Shown here: positions 9,860 to 18,758 of the stretch, piece after piece
Position numbering within the stretch: position 1 is the stretch's first letter
Layout: the number at the start of each line of letters is the position of its first letter
From: a virus
Taxonomy: Duplodnaviria > Caudoviricetes
Strand: one strand, 5' to 3'
IMG/VR virus record: IMGVR_UViG_3300034682_000455
Location: 1-53,142 of that record
Length of the DNA: 53,142 bases
The notes under the pieces: generated by a model
What the model was told of the DNA's origin: nothing
The model's input: only the letters and a program-made list of their open reading frames with translations
Database searches by the model: none
Translations under genes and position numbers: made by a program

Positions 9860-10012
9860 TCAAATTGCGTCGGCGCTGCCTTCGAGCGCTTCGGGGTGCT
9901 GGGCCAGCAGCTCGCGCACTTCTTCAGGGGGCGCTGGCGGCGGGTACTGGGGAGGGGGCGTGTAGCCAAAGTCGGCCTCGGCCGGGCCAGGGGGGATGTC
10001 AAACATGTGCAT
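9860..10012 (-). CDS. Small Pro-rich hypothetical protein
   Basis: GAGGTGG RBS; fills operon gap. Confidence 0.45.
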   Translation of the reverse strand: MHMFDIPPGPAEADFGYTPPPQYPPPAPPEEVRELLAQHPEALEGSADAI

Positions 10013-10391
10013 GGGCTTGAACCACCTCTTCGTGATAAATGTCCAGGGCATGCTTCTGGCCGAACCATGTGGCCAGGACCTGGTGCAGCTTGGCCGCATG
10101 CGGGCTGGTCAGCAGCTCGGCAACCGCGGAGAGCGTGGCGTCGTCACCGCTCTCCATCGCGGCATCCAGGATCTCGAAGGGCGCCCACAATTTGCCGGTG
10201 CAGATGCAGTCCTTGGACCAGTCGGCGGGCTGCGTCATGGCCTGCAGGCGCTGCAGCACGATCAGAGGGGCCTGCCGTTCGGCAACCTCCCGCATGGCCT
10301 GGGCTGCTTCATGTTCATCCTCCCAGCGCGCGGCATCGGCGCAGGGGTTGCTGGTGGGGCCGAAGTAGCCCACCGGTTGACGTGCGGTCAT
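9999..10391 (-). CDS. Hypothetical phage protein (130 aa)
   Basis: GGAGG RBS before MTARQP. Confidence 0.7.
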   Translation of the reverse strand: MTARQPVGYFGPTSNPCADAARWEDEHEAAQAMREVAERQAPLIVLQRLQAMTQPADWSKDCICTGKLWAPFEILDAAMESGDDATLSAVAELLTSPHAAKLHQVLATWFGQKHALDIYHEEVVQAHAHV

Positions 10392-10733
10392 ACGACCTCC
10401 AGAAATAAAAAAGCCCGCTGGACATTGCTGCACAGCGGGCAAAAGTCCACGGAACGTGAACCCCACAAAAAAGAAAGCCGGTGCCTTTCGGCGTGTCATG
10501 GGAATGCATGAGAGGGAGGGTGGAGATACCCACGACCCGGCTGGAAAAACGATCAAGTCAACTGTCAAGTGTTGGCTGACAGTTCACCAAATCGCCCTGC
10601 ATATCGCTGCAGGCGGCGGTGTTTTATGCCCACGGGGCGCTATCACTTACACGATGCTCTCCAATCTCATAGATTGCCATTCTGGTTTGGCCTAGCCGGA
10701 TCAATATCCGGCACCGTGCGCCGGGGGCGATGG

Positions 10734-10913
10734 TCAGAGCTGTTGCTTTGCCTTCCGCCGTACTTCTGGATCGGTGTCCAGGCGCTGTGGCTTGCCTATG
10801 GCTTGCCGCTGCCGCTCTTTGGGGAACAGCGCGTCGAATGCATCCAGCACCGCTGCCTTGTAGCCAGCGAGCTGGGCCTGCTTGCGCTTGTCGTTGAGCT
10901 TTGTGACTTTCAT
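10734..10913 (-). CDS. Small basic hypothetical protein (59 aa)
   Basis: ATGA overlap with upstream gene; Lys/Arg-rich. Confidence 0.55.
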   Translation of the reverse strand: MKVTKLNDKRKQAQLAGYKAAVLDAFDALFPKERQRQAIGKPQRLDTDPEVRRKAKQQL

Positions 10914-11197
10914 GCGGCCACCAGTCGAGATGCACTCCAGCCATTGCGCTGCTTCCAAGCTGCACTTGCGCTAGCCATCTTCCCCATCGACAGCACTGCG
11001 CCGACAGACACCCTGAGCCGCTTCCCTTGGTAGACCTGGCGCAACACCTTTGATGCGCAGATGCAGCCTACATTGAATTCTTCCCCGTGCTCGTTGCGCA
11101 CCATCACGGCGCGAGTCAGGTTGGTCTTGCCGCAGCAGTCGCATACCGGGTAGTCGCTGGTGCCGGAGACTGTGAATGTGGTTCCTTCGATTGCCAT
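10910..11197 (-). CDS. Putative Zn-binding protein (95 aa), first clear gene of the PL operon
   Basis: AAGGAG RBS; CDCCGK...GCICA. Confidence 0.75.
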   Translation of the reverse strand: MAIEGTTFTVSGTSDYPVCDCCGKTNLTRAVMVRNEHGEEFNVGCICASKVLRQVYQGKRLRVSVGAVLSMGKMASASAAWKQRNGWSASRLVAA

Positions 11198-11690
11198 GGT
11201 GTTGCTCCTTGAAAACCAAAATCGCCTCTGTGAAGCGCCTTTGGTTTTCCCTCTGATGTCGCTCAGAGGGCAGCGCCGATTGCTCGGAGGGGTTTGCTGT
11301 TCTTGGTAGCCCTGTTCACCTCATTTGGAATTTGGCACGCCCCGATTTGGCGCCCGTGTTTTTAGCTCTCGCTGGGTACGGCACCCAGCGCGCGACGTTG
11401 AAAGCGTCTATGTGCATCGAAGCTGTTGAGGCTAAGGCGGCCTTGCCGAGTTGCTCCTTCGTCCGTGCCCTGCACGCGATCCCTGGACTCGCATCCGCTA
11501 CACACCGGTTCACCCGGCACCTGCGTTGATGGTTTGAACGTAGGGAGGTCGCTCGATCACTAGGCTCCCATCGACTGGTGCACCTGCTGCTGCGCTCCCG
11601 TTGGAGCTAACCCCGCCTTTGCTTCCTGTCGGCTTCGGCCCCGGATCGCTGGGCCTTGGGTGTTTCGCGGTTGGTGCTGCGATGGGATGA

Positions 11691-11752
11691 AGTATCGGCA
11701 AACCGATAAATCATGTCAAGCGGTATTCCGATATTTTTATCAGTGTGCCGAT
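11691..11752 (-). promoter_or_regulatory. PL promoter and OL operators
   Basis: Minus-strand TTGACA (11719-11714), 17 nt, GATACT (11696-11691); operators ATCGGCAAACCGAT 11694-11707, AGCGGTATTCCGAT 11719-11732, ATCAGTGTGCCGAT 11739-11752. Confidence 0.85.
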
Positions 11753-11785
11753 ATACTGATTCCATGAACAGACCACACACAGACG

Positions 11786-11808
11786 AAAAAAAGCCCGCTG
11801 AGGCGGGC
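11786..11808 (-). terminator. Intrinsic terminator of the cI operon
   Basis: GCCCGC-CTCA-GCGGGC followed by T7 on the minus strand. Confidence 0.8.
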
Positions 11809-11956
11809 GTTGTGACGGCTAGCTGCCAGCTGAACCAAAGTAATGATGGGCGCTTCTATGTAGAGGCTGTCACCAGCGATGGCCAAAGAGCACTATGTAG
11901 GATTCTTCAAAGTGGTGCCTCTGTAACCCTGTCGATCGAACAAGGTGGCGCAATAG

Positions 11957-12223
11957 CTACAGGTTTTTCTGTAGCCACGCAATGACATCTTTGTGCAACC
12001 GCCCATACCAAGGAAGACTGAGTGTGATCACCGTGCAATTGTCATTGGCATCAAGCAAGTGCTCAAGGGATTTGAAGACCTGCTCCGGGCTTTTGTAGGT
12101 TGCAATTGCGTAGGATGATTCAGAGAGTTTTGCCCAGTCTGGGTAAAGCTTTTTGAGCGTCTCCAAAAAAGGCGGGCGGCGCACCTCTTTGTTTAGGTCA
12201 TACGTAATCAATAAAACTGCCAT
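11957..12223 (-). CDS. Cas2/VapD-like small ferredoxin-fold protein (88 aa), not CRISPR-linked
   Basis: AAGGAGG RBS; N-terminal LLITYDL strand and W..LSES motif resemble Cas2 (hhhYDh...QxSh). Confidence 0.6.
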   Translation of the reverse strand: MAVLLITYDLNKEVRRPPFLETLKKLYPDWAKLSESSYAIATYKSPEQVFKSLEHLLDANDNCTVITLSLPWYGRLHKDVIAWLQKNL

Positions 12224-12357
12224 ATCCCCTCCTTTGGTTGCAATTACTTCTTGGCTTTACGACGCCATCCACTCCCAAGCCGCCCACGCCACGCCCACCA
12301 CCCAGAAGGCGAAGGCATTTGCGAGGGCGCGGATTAGGGGTGATTTTCACTTTCTAC

Positions 12358-12942
12358 CTACGACCGAATGACACTTCCGTCAGGTAAGAAGGACAGATTG
12401 AAGCTTCCACAGTCCAGTACAAATCGCATAGATGTACCTGTTGCTGCACGTACCGAAGATGCGAGAAACAGATGTCTGTTTTTCGGTTGACGCTCTCTCT
12501 TGGTCAGCCTATCCATGAATGTAGGCGCCTCAAAAATCTCGACAGTGATTGCTACAGATTTGTTTGACGCGCCGAGTTGCTCATCCGCTGCCCATGAAAA
12601 CTCACCTAGATGATTGCCACGATAGGTTTCTAGTATGTCTGCAAGATAACGCTGCGCATCCGATGCACTGAATCTGAAGCCCAGCAGATCGGAGAACTCA
12701 CTAATTTGTGACTGGACGGCATATATTAGGTTGCTATCCCACTTTGGAATCATGGGGAGATATTCACGGCTACACGTACCGACCATGGACAAGGTCATTA
12801 AGTAATTCGCCATCTCAAGTGAATTTAATTCTGGCAGTGCGCGCTTCGCCAAGGTATTGAAATCAGTTTGAGTTACTGCAAGAACGCGTGAGCCAGCACG
12901 TAGGGCGATCATCTCGTAAACCCGATGAACTTGACGATCCAT
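12358..12942 (-). CDS. AT-rich hypothetical protein (194 aa) directly behind cI
   Basis: ATG 4 nt after the cI stop; long ORF in visibly lower-GC DNA. Confidence 0.7.
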   Translation of the reverse strand: MDRQVHRVYEMIALRAGSRVLAVTQTDFNTLAKRALPELNSLEMANYLMTLSMVGTCSREYLPMIPKWDSNLIYAVQSQISEFSDLLGFRFSASDAQRYLADILETYRGNHLGEFSWAADEQLGASNKSVAITVEIFEAPTFMDRLTKRERQPKNRHLFLASSVRAATGTSMRFVLDCGSFNLSFLPDGSVIRS

Positions 12943-12946
12943 AGTG

Positions 12947-13606
12947 CTACTTTCTACGAAACTTCCGGCGGTGCTCAATCATGGTGCCAATCACAACCAG
13001 GTGGCGCTCATCGCTGCGCAGCACGGGGTAGTTGTCATTCAAGGGGACCAGCTCGAAAACTTCGTGCCCGGATTCGTCGATACCACGAACACGGTATTTC
13101 TTGAAGGTGGCCTCTTCCTTGGTGTTACGGGCGGCCACAAAGTCGCCTGGGTTGGGTGATACGTCAGGGTCTATGAGCACCCTGTCACCAGGCCGAAAGT
13201 CGGGGAGCATGGAGTCGCCTTCGATCTCCAAAAAGAACGACCACTGCGATGCATCGTCGTCTCCGAACTCCACATCGAAACCGTCGCCGGGTCCGTATGG
13301 AACGGCAATCTCTTTCAGAGCGCCGGCCTGGACGTGCGAGATCACGGGATATGGGCGCATGCCAAGTGGGACAGGCGTAACGTTCTGGTCAAACCCATCT
13401 TTCATCGATCCCTCGCCCGTGGCCAGCCAAAGCGCTGAGCACTTGAGTGCAGCCGCAATCACTGGAACGTGACTGGATCCGTTGGCAGTTTTTTCCAGCT
13501 CTGCAATCGTGGACTGGCCGATGCCGACCTTACTGGCCAGAACCTTCTGCGTCATTTTTGCGGCGGTGCGTGCCGCTCTAAGTCGTTGGCCGAACTCGGT
13601 ATTCAT
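12947..13606 (-). CDS. cI: CI-like repressor (XRE HTH + S24 autopeptidase)
   Basis: MTQKVLASKVGIGQSTIAELE HTH; VQAG cleavage site, GDSM serine, TFKK lysine. Confidence 0.95.
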   Translation of the reverse strand: MNTEFGQRLRAARTAAKMTQKVLASKVGIGQSTIAELEKTANGSSHVPVIAAALKCSALWLATGEGSMKDGFDQNVTPVPLGMRPYPVISHVQAGALKEIAVPYGPGDGFDVEFGDDDASQWSFFLEIEGDSMLPDFRPGDRVLIDPDVSPNPGDFVAARNTKEEATFKKYRVRGIDESGHEVFELVPLNDNYPVLRSDERHLVVIGTMIEHRRKFRRK

Positions 13607-13613
13607 GCTGCAT

Positions 13614-13673
13614 AGCATACGGAATTCCGTTAGCGGTAAACCGCTTGTAAAAAGATCGGCAAACCGATATAGT
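13614..13673. promoter_or_regulatory. OR operators with divergent PR/PRM
   Basis: TACGGAATTCCGTT 13618-13631, AGCGGTAAACCGCT 13632-13645, ATCGGCAAACCGAT 13655-13668; PR TTGTAA-17-TATAGT; PRM -10 TATGCT on the minus strand. Confidence 0.85.
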
Positions 13674-13680
13674 CCAGGCC

Positions 13681-13905
13681 ATGCAATGGAAAGACTACAT
13701 CGCGGCTATAGCCGAAAAGGGCGTCTCTCAGAGTCAGCTTGCGAAGAAAGCAGGCTGTGGGCAGGCAACTATTTCTGATCTTGCGTCTGGAAAGACGCGT
13801 GAGCCTCGCCACTCGCTTGGCTTGGCTCTGCTGAAAGTAGGCAAGCGCCTGGGTGTAAAAGCGCCTAAAGGTGTGACGCCAACCTCTGTAGCCACGGAGG
13901 CATGA
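13681..13905 (+). CDS. cro: Cro-like HTH regulator
   Basis: SQSQLAKKAGCGQATISDL HTH; divergent from cI. Confidence 0.88.
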   Translation: MQWKDYIAAIAEKGVSQSQLAKKAGCGQATISDLASGKTREPRHSLGLALLKVGKRLGVKAPKGVTPTSVATEA

Positions 13906-13908
13906 CCG

Positions 13909-14238
13909 ATGGCAGTCAAAGATTCCATCCCGATGTTCGCCCGCGGCATTGCTGGCCCGCTTGGCAAGTTGGATACCCCTGCCAAGACCAAGATCGACGC
14001 CCACACACATGAGCTGTTCTTGCAGCACTGTGCGATGCGTGGCACGGACACCAGCGCGGAGCTGCGAGATTGCATCTATGTGCTGATGTACGGAAAGACC
14101 TATCGGCAGATGGTGCTGGAGAAAGTGAACCATGACGCCAAGCGTATCGAAGTGCTGTCGCGCGTCATAGGTTCCTTTGGGGGCCCCGAATCCGATAACC
14201 ACAGCAGTGGACGAGATCTCGGAGGGACACCGGAATGA
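13909..14238 (+). CDS. Hypothetical regulator in the cII position
   Basis: GGAGG RBS; synteny only. Confidence 0.6.
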   Translation: MAVKDSIPMFARGIAGPLGKLDTPAKTKIDAHTHELFLQHCAMRGTDTSAELRDCIYVLMYGKTYRQMVLEKVNHDAKRIEVLSRVIGSFGGPESDNHSSGRDLGGTPE

Positions 14239-14411
14239 CCGCAGCGCCTACAAAGCCGGGGAGTGCTTTCGACATCCCCACCCAGACATTTGCTCTGCAG
14301 CTGCAGCGCAACCGCAGCAGTGCCCACGCGCCAAAGGCCAGCCAGTATTTCCAGGTGACCAAGCCGCGCGATCCGTCGCACACGCACCGAATCACCAAGG
14401 CGGCGATATGA
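14235..14411 (+). CDS. Small hypothetical protein (58 aa, MTAAPTKPG...)
   Basis: Read by hand; ATGA overlaps at both ends. Confidence 0.45.
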   Translation: MTAAPTKPGSAFDIPTQTFALQLQRNRSSAHAPKASQYFQVTKPRDPSHTHRITKAAI

Positions 14412-14587
14412 GCATGTTTCGCTACGCAAAAAAAATTCGCCTGCTGTCGTTGGCGCGACGTGCAGGCGATCGTTTGGCAACCGAGCTGACCCAAGGCCAA
14501 AAAACCAAGGCCCATCACTTTCAGGCGCGAATGTATCGACTGCTCCGTGTGGTGGCAATCCTGCGCGGACAGGAGGTCTCGAAGTGA
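14408..14587 (+). CDS. Small basic hypothetical protein (59 aa)
   Basis: ATGA/GTGA overlaps. Confidence 0.5.
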   Translation: MSMFRYAKKIRLLSLARRAGDRLATELTQGQKTKAHHFQARMYRLLRVVAILRGQEVSK

Positions 14588-15555
14588 GCGATGCCGAAAA
14601 CACAAAAGCTACACGCACGCCCAGTCGGTACCGGAAGGTCGAGGTGCGCACCTGGGGCGATGAGAAGTTCCGCAGCCTCTCTGCGCTTCCTCCATGCGGC
14701 CAGGGCCTTTGGCTGTTCCTGATTACGGGCCCTCATACCGGCCCGATCCCTGGTCTTTTCCGCGCTGGGCGTGCCGCCATGGCCGAGGAATTGGATTGGG
14801 ACCTGGAAGCCTTCGACAAAGCCTTTCAGGAAGTCTCCCAACAAGGGATGGTGAAAGCCGACTTCAAAGCCCGCGTCATGTGGGTGCCGAACGCGATCAA
14901 GCACAACCGGCCGGAGTCCCCCAACGTGGTCAAGAGCTGGGCTGCTGAGTTCGACCTGATCCCAGAATGCGACTTGAAGCGCGAAGCATTGGAGCACCTG
15001 AGAGCCAGTGTTTATGCGCTCGGAGAGGCTTTCGGCAAAGCTTTCAATGAGACTTTCGGGAAGCCTTCTGGAAAGCCTTTGGCGAAGGCTATGCCTAATC
15101 AGGAACAGGAACAGGAACAGGAACAGGATAAAAAAGAACCTAACGGTTCCGTCGGCAGCGCCGACCTCCTGGGAGACAAGAAAAACCCCGAGGAGGGCGC
15201 AAAGCCAGGCCTGCCCATCTGCCCGGTGCAAAAGGTCGTGGACCTGTACCACGAAGTTCTGCCCGAGATGCCGAAGGTTCGCCTGCTCAGCGATGGCCGG
15301 CGCAAGGCCATCAGCAAGGTCTGGAAATGGGTTCTGACCACGGCCAAGACAGATGGCCAGCCCCGCGCCACCAATGCCGTCGAGGCACTGGATTGGCTGA
15401 AGCAGTACTTCACGATTGCCAGAGGCAACGATTTCTTGATGGGCCGGTCACCACGCACCGGTGAGCATGCCGGCTGGCAGTGCGATCTGGACTTCCTGCT
15501 GACCGATAAGGGCATGAAGCACGTCATCGAGAAAACCAAGAAGGTGGCGTCATGA
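14584..15555 (+). CDS. Replication initiator (lambda O analogue)
   Basis: RYRKV....W.DEKFRSLS N-terminus, QEQEQE linker, W..DLDFLL C-terminus; directly upstream of the helicase. Confidence 0.82.
   Translation: MSDAENTKATRTPSRYRKVEVRTWGDEKFRSLSALPPCGQGLWLFLITGPHTGPIPGLFRAGRAAMAEELDWDLEAFDKAFQEVSQQGMVKADFKARVMWVPNAIKHNRPESPNVVKSWAAEFDLIPECDLKREALEHLRASVYALGEAFGKAFNETFGKPSGKPLAKAMPNQEQEQEQEQDKKEPNGSVGSADLLGDKKNPEEGAKPGLPICPVQKVVDLYHEVLPEMPKVRLLSDGRRKAISKVWKWVLTTAKTDGQPRATNAVEALDWLKQYFTIARGNDFLMGRSPRTGEHAGWQCDLDFLLTDKGMKHVIEKTKKVAS
15025..15136 (+). repeat. Probable origin: six degenerate 12-bp iterons, then (CAGGAA)4-CAGGAT and an A-tract
   Basis: GAGGCTTTCGGC, AAAGCTTTCAAT, GAGACTTTCGGG, AAGCCTTCTGGA, AAGCCTTTGGCG, AAGGCTATGCCT in tandem inside the initiator gene. 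Confidence 0.6.
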
Positions 15556-16943
15556 ATGCTCCTGTTTTTGAACCCCTGGGCCACATGGAGTTTGAATCCG
15601 GCGACCGCGTGGCCATTGAGGCCGAACACGGCCTGCTGGGCATGCTGCTGCTGGACGAGCGTTTGTTCGACGTGGTAGCCGACCTGGTGCAGCCCAGCCG
15701 CTTTTCGGTGGACTTCGATGGCTCGATCTATGCCGCCATCAGCGCGATGGCCCACAGCGGCAAGCCCGTGAACGCCATCACGGTGTTTGAGCACATGCAG
15801 GGCAAGGGGGACCTGATGTACCTGAACGCGATGACCCAGGGCGCCTTGGCATCGCAGCGCATGGCCCGCCGGTATGCCGAGATCATCGTGGAGCGCAGCA
15901 AAGCCAGGCAGCTGGCATCAGTGGTGCTGGATGCCCGGGAGGTGGCGGCCGACGATAGCCTGAGCGTGACCGAGCGCATCGAGCAGGTGTCAGCAAAGCT
16001 GGCCAGCCTGGCGGAGGATGCTCAAAGCGAGGACTGGGTCAGCGCCGACACCGGCATGGACGAGTTCATGGCCGAGATGGACAAACGTGCCTCCGGCGCG
16101 CGGGACCAGTACCTGCCCACCGGTTTTGCCGACCTGGACGAGCAGCTGGACGGCGGCATGCGTGAGGGTGAGCTGATCATCATCGGCGCACGCCCATCGA
16201 TGGGAAAGACGGCGCTGGCGCTGGGTATTGGCGAGTACGCGGTCAAGCTGGGTAAGACGGTGGCGATGTTCAGCCTGGAAATGAAGCGTCAGAGCCTGTT
16301 TGAGCGCCGTGTCTCCAGTGAATCCGGCGTGCCGCTGGGCAAGATCAAGCGGCCCGATCGCATGACGAGCGAAGAGTGGTCGGATATGTGCACCACGGCG
16401 GAAGCCTTGAAAAAGCGACCGTTCTACGTAAACGACCGCTCCAGCCTGAACATCAACACCTTGCGCACCAAGGTGCGCGCACTCAAGCGGCGCCACGGCT
16501 TGCGCCTGCTGATCGTTGACTACCTTGGGCTGATGGATGGCTCCAACCCCAAGGACAACCGCACAACGCAACTGGGCGAGGTGACCCGCAACCTCAAGCG
16601 CCTGGCCAACGAACTGGGCATCACGGTGCTGCTGCTGTGCCAGTTGAACCGCGAGGTCGAGAAGCGCGTCGACCAGATGCCCGTCATGTCCGATTTGCGC
16701 GATTGCGGCGAGATCGAGCAGGACGCCGACATCGTGCTGTTCCCGCACCGGCCAATCCACTTGAAGCCCAGCCTGGGTGAGCCCTGGCGCTACTACGCCT
16801 GCCTGCGCGTGGCCAAGCAGCGTGCCGGCGCCACCGGCGACCTGAACCTGCGCTACTACGGCCCGTGTGTGCGCTTTGAGAACTGGCATGGGGACAAGCC
16901 CAGCGCCACCAGCGTTCACAACGGCACCCCCGACTTTGAATAA
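15552..16943 (+). CDS. dnaB: Replicative DNA helicase, DnaB family
   Basis: GARPSMGKT Walker A, FSLEM, IVDYLGL, QLNR, SDLRDCGEIEQDAD, KQRAG. Confidence 0.96.
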   Translation: MNAPVFEPLGHMEFESGDRVAIEAEHGLLGMLLLDERLFDVVADLVQPSRFSVDFDGSIYAAISAMAHSGKPVNAITVFEHMQGKGDLMYLNAMTQGALASQRMARRYAEIIVERSKARQLASVVLDAREVAADDSLSVTERIEQVSAKLASLAEDAQSEDWVSADTGMDEFMAEMDKRASGARDQYLPTGFADLDEQLDGGMREGELIIIGARPSMGKTALALGIGEYAVKLGKTVAMFSLEMKRQSLFERRVSSESGVPLGKIKRPDRMTSEEWSDMCTTAEALKKRPFYVNDRSSLNINTLRTKVRALKRRHGLRLLIVDYLGLMDGSNPKDNRTTQLGEVTRNLKRLANELGITVLLLCQLNREVEKRVDQMPVMSDLRDCGEIEQDADIVLFPHRPIHLKPSLGEPWRYYACLRVAKQRAGATGDLNLRYYGPCVRFENWHGDKPSATSVHNGTPDFE

Positions 16944-16960
16944 AACAGGAGCAAAGAACA

Positions 16961-17437
16961 ATGATCACACTTACTCTTCCGTACCCTGTGAGCGCAAATC
17001 GCTACTGGCAAACCCGTGTCATCAAGCCCAAGGGCGGCAAGTTTCACCAGGCCATGACCTACGTGAGCGCCGAGGCCAAGGCCTTCAAGGAAAACGTACA
17101 GAAACTGGCCATGTCAGCAGGCGTGCGTGCCCCTATCACCGGCCGCGTGGCCATCGCCTACACGCTGCACCCGCATTGCCCCCAGGATGCCCACCGACGC
17201 GCCAAGCGTGATCCTGTCGGCTGGGAGGACACCGTGCAGTGCATGGACCTGGACAATGCCCAGAAGGTGCTGCTGGACAGCCTCAAGGGTGTCGTCATTG
17301 AGGACGACAAGTGGGTGCGCAAGATTTCGGCCGAGCGCGGCACCCCAGTGGATGGCGGAAAGCTGGTCGTGACCATCACGCCTCTGGCCCCGGCTATGGC
17401 CGAGCAGCAGCAGGGCGACTTGCTCGGGGGGCACTGA
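16961..17437 (+). CDS. rusA: RusA-family Holliday junction resolvase
   Basis: LPYPVSANRYW; DLDNAQK.LLDSL.G....DDKWV. Confidence 0.9.
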   Translation: MITLTLPYPVSANRYWQTRVIKPKGGKFHQAMTYVSAEAKAFKENVQKLAMSAGVRAPITGRVAIAYTLHPHCPQDAHRRAKRDPVGWEDTVQCMDLDNAQKVLLDSLKGVVIEDDKWVRKISAERGTPVDGGKLVVTITPLAPAMAEQQQGDLLGGH

Positions 17438-17439
17438 CC

Positions 17440-17913
17440 ATGGGCCGCCTTGTTCTGACCAAAGGCCAAGACGGCAAGCTGCATGGCCTGGACCCCAAGG
17501 GCCAGCGTGCCTGGGACCGCTTCAAGGCCAAGCTGAAGTCGCTGGACTTCGGCGACACGCTGGGCTTCACCTTCTTCCTGCCGCGCGACCCGGTGAGCCA
17601 CCGCAGCTTTTTTCGCAAGCTACAGGTGCTGCTGGAGCGCACCGAGGCCTTCACCGAGCTGGATACCCTGCGCGCCTGGCTGCTGCTGGGGGCCGGCTAC
17701 TGCGACTACGTGCCCGGGCTGGATGGAAAACTGCGGGCCGTGCCCCGAAGCATGGCGTTTGACGCCATGGATCAGGCGGATTTCATGGAGCTGAACCGCA
17801 AGGTGGACGAGTTCCTCTACACCGAGCACGCCCTGGATGTGCTGTGGCCGGGGCTTGCCCACCAGCAGCAGTGGAGCTGCCTCACCTGCTTTCTGGAGGA
17901 TCTGCGCCGATGA
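17440..17913 (+). CDS. DUF1367-like phage protein
   Basis: PRDP..HR.FF..L and PRSMAFDAMDQ.DF motifs. Confidence 0.7.
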   Translation: MGRLVLTKGQDGKLHGLDPKGQRAWDRFKAKLKSLDFGDTLGFTFFLPRDPVSHRSFFRKLQVLLERTEAFTELDTLRAWLLLGAGYCDYVPGLDGKLRAVPRSMAFDAMDQADFMELNRKVDEFLYTEHALDVLWPGLAHQQQWSCLTCFLEDLRR

Positions 17914-18155
17914 CCTGCCAAGACTGCGCCCAAGCCCAGACCGCCAAGCACTGGGGCGGCTATCACGCTGACTGCCATGGCTGCCAGGTGCGATCCCTGG
18001 CCAGCGGCCCCGCCTACTTTTCGGCCGTGCAGGCGAACGCCATCACCGGCCAATACCGCGGCGCGCTGCAGGCGCTGTTTGGGGAGGGTTGGAAGCAGGC
18101 GCACGAAGAGGTGAAGGCCGAGCACGCGCGCCTGGCGGCTATGCCGGACCCCTGA
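17910..18155 (+). CDS. Small Cys-rich hypothetical protein (81 aa)
   Basis: CQDC...CHGC; ATGA overlap. Confidence 0.65.
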   Translation: MTCQDCAQAQTAKHWGGYHADCHGCQVRSLASGPAYFSAVQANAITGQYRGALQALFGEGWKQAHEEVKAEHARLAAMPDP

Positions 18156-18232
18156 AAAGCAAAAGGCCCACCGAAGTGAGCCTCCTGCCGAGCTGTACGC
18201 CCTAGACACGCCACAGTTTACAGGAGCCATGC

Positions 18233-18754
18233 ATGAGCCTCAATACAGATCGACGCACTAGCCGACAAATCATTTGGGACGCCATCCAAGAGATGGCAGC
18301 CATGGGGCAGGCCATCACCCGCAAAACCCTGCAAGAGGTGACGGGCCTGACCTATCACATCGTGGACGACCACGTTTCACGCTTCGTGGACGAGGATGGA
18401 ACGCTGCGCCGGGTCGTGGACGGGGTGTTTGAGCTGGTGAAGGGCTACGACGCGCCGCGGCCGGTAAGTGTCACGGACCTGGACGACGGGCAAACCATCA
18501 TTGAAGTGGGCGACCAAGAGATGCGCCTGTGGCCGCGTGAGGTGCGCAAGGTGGCGATGCGGTTGGCCGGCGAGGCCCAGCAGCTGGCCACCATGCAGTT
18601 GCAGCACGATGTGGCGCTGGCCACCCAGGGGCTGCAGCTGGAATTCCGTGCAGTGCAGCGCGAGATGGCTGCGCGGATCAAGGAGCTGGAAGAGTCGAAC
18701 CAGCGACTTCGAAAACAGGTGGCGGAACGGCCAGCGCAGGTGGCGTTGCTCTGA
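18233..18754 (+). CDS. Putative winged-HTH/coiled-coil regulator; candidate late-gene activator
   Basis: ITRKTLQEVTGLTYHIVDDHV...LRRV..GVF wHTH-like pattern; last early-right gene (Q position). Confidence 0.6.
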   Translation: MSLNTDRRTSRQIIWDAIQEMAAMGQAITRKTLQEVTGLTYHIVDDHVSRFVDEDGTLRRVVDGVFELVKGYDAPRPVSVTDLDDGQTIIEVGDQEMRLWPREVRKVAMRLAGEAQQLATMQLQHDVALATQGLQLEFRAVQREMAARIKELEESNQRLRKQVAERPAQVALL

Positions 18755-18758
18755 TCAA

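Noticed and set aside
11713-11985. 90-aa plus-strand ORF
   Set aside because: Runs through the OL operators and the cI-operon terminator (EKKPA is the translated hairpin); likely spurious
11957-12223. CRISPR-Cas locus suggested by the Cas2-like protein
   Set aside because: No cas1, other cas genes or repeat-spacer array anywhere in the window
12258-12350. Hydrophobic minus-strand frame LIRALANAFAFWVVGVAWAAWEWMAS*
   Set aside because: The nearby GTG start is one base out of frame (C4 run) and an in-frame stop precedes it; at most a frameshifted remnant
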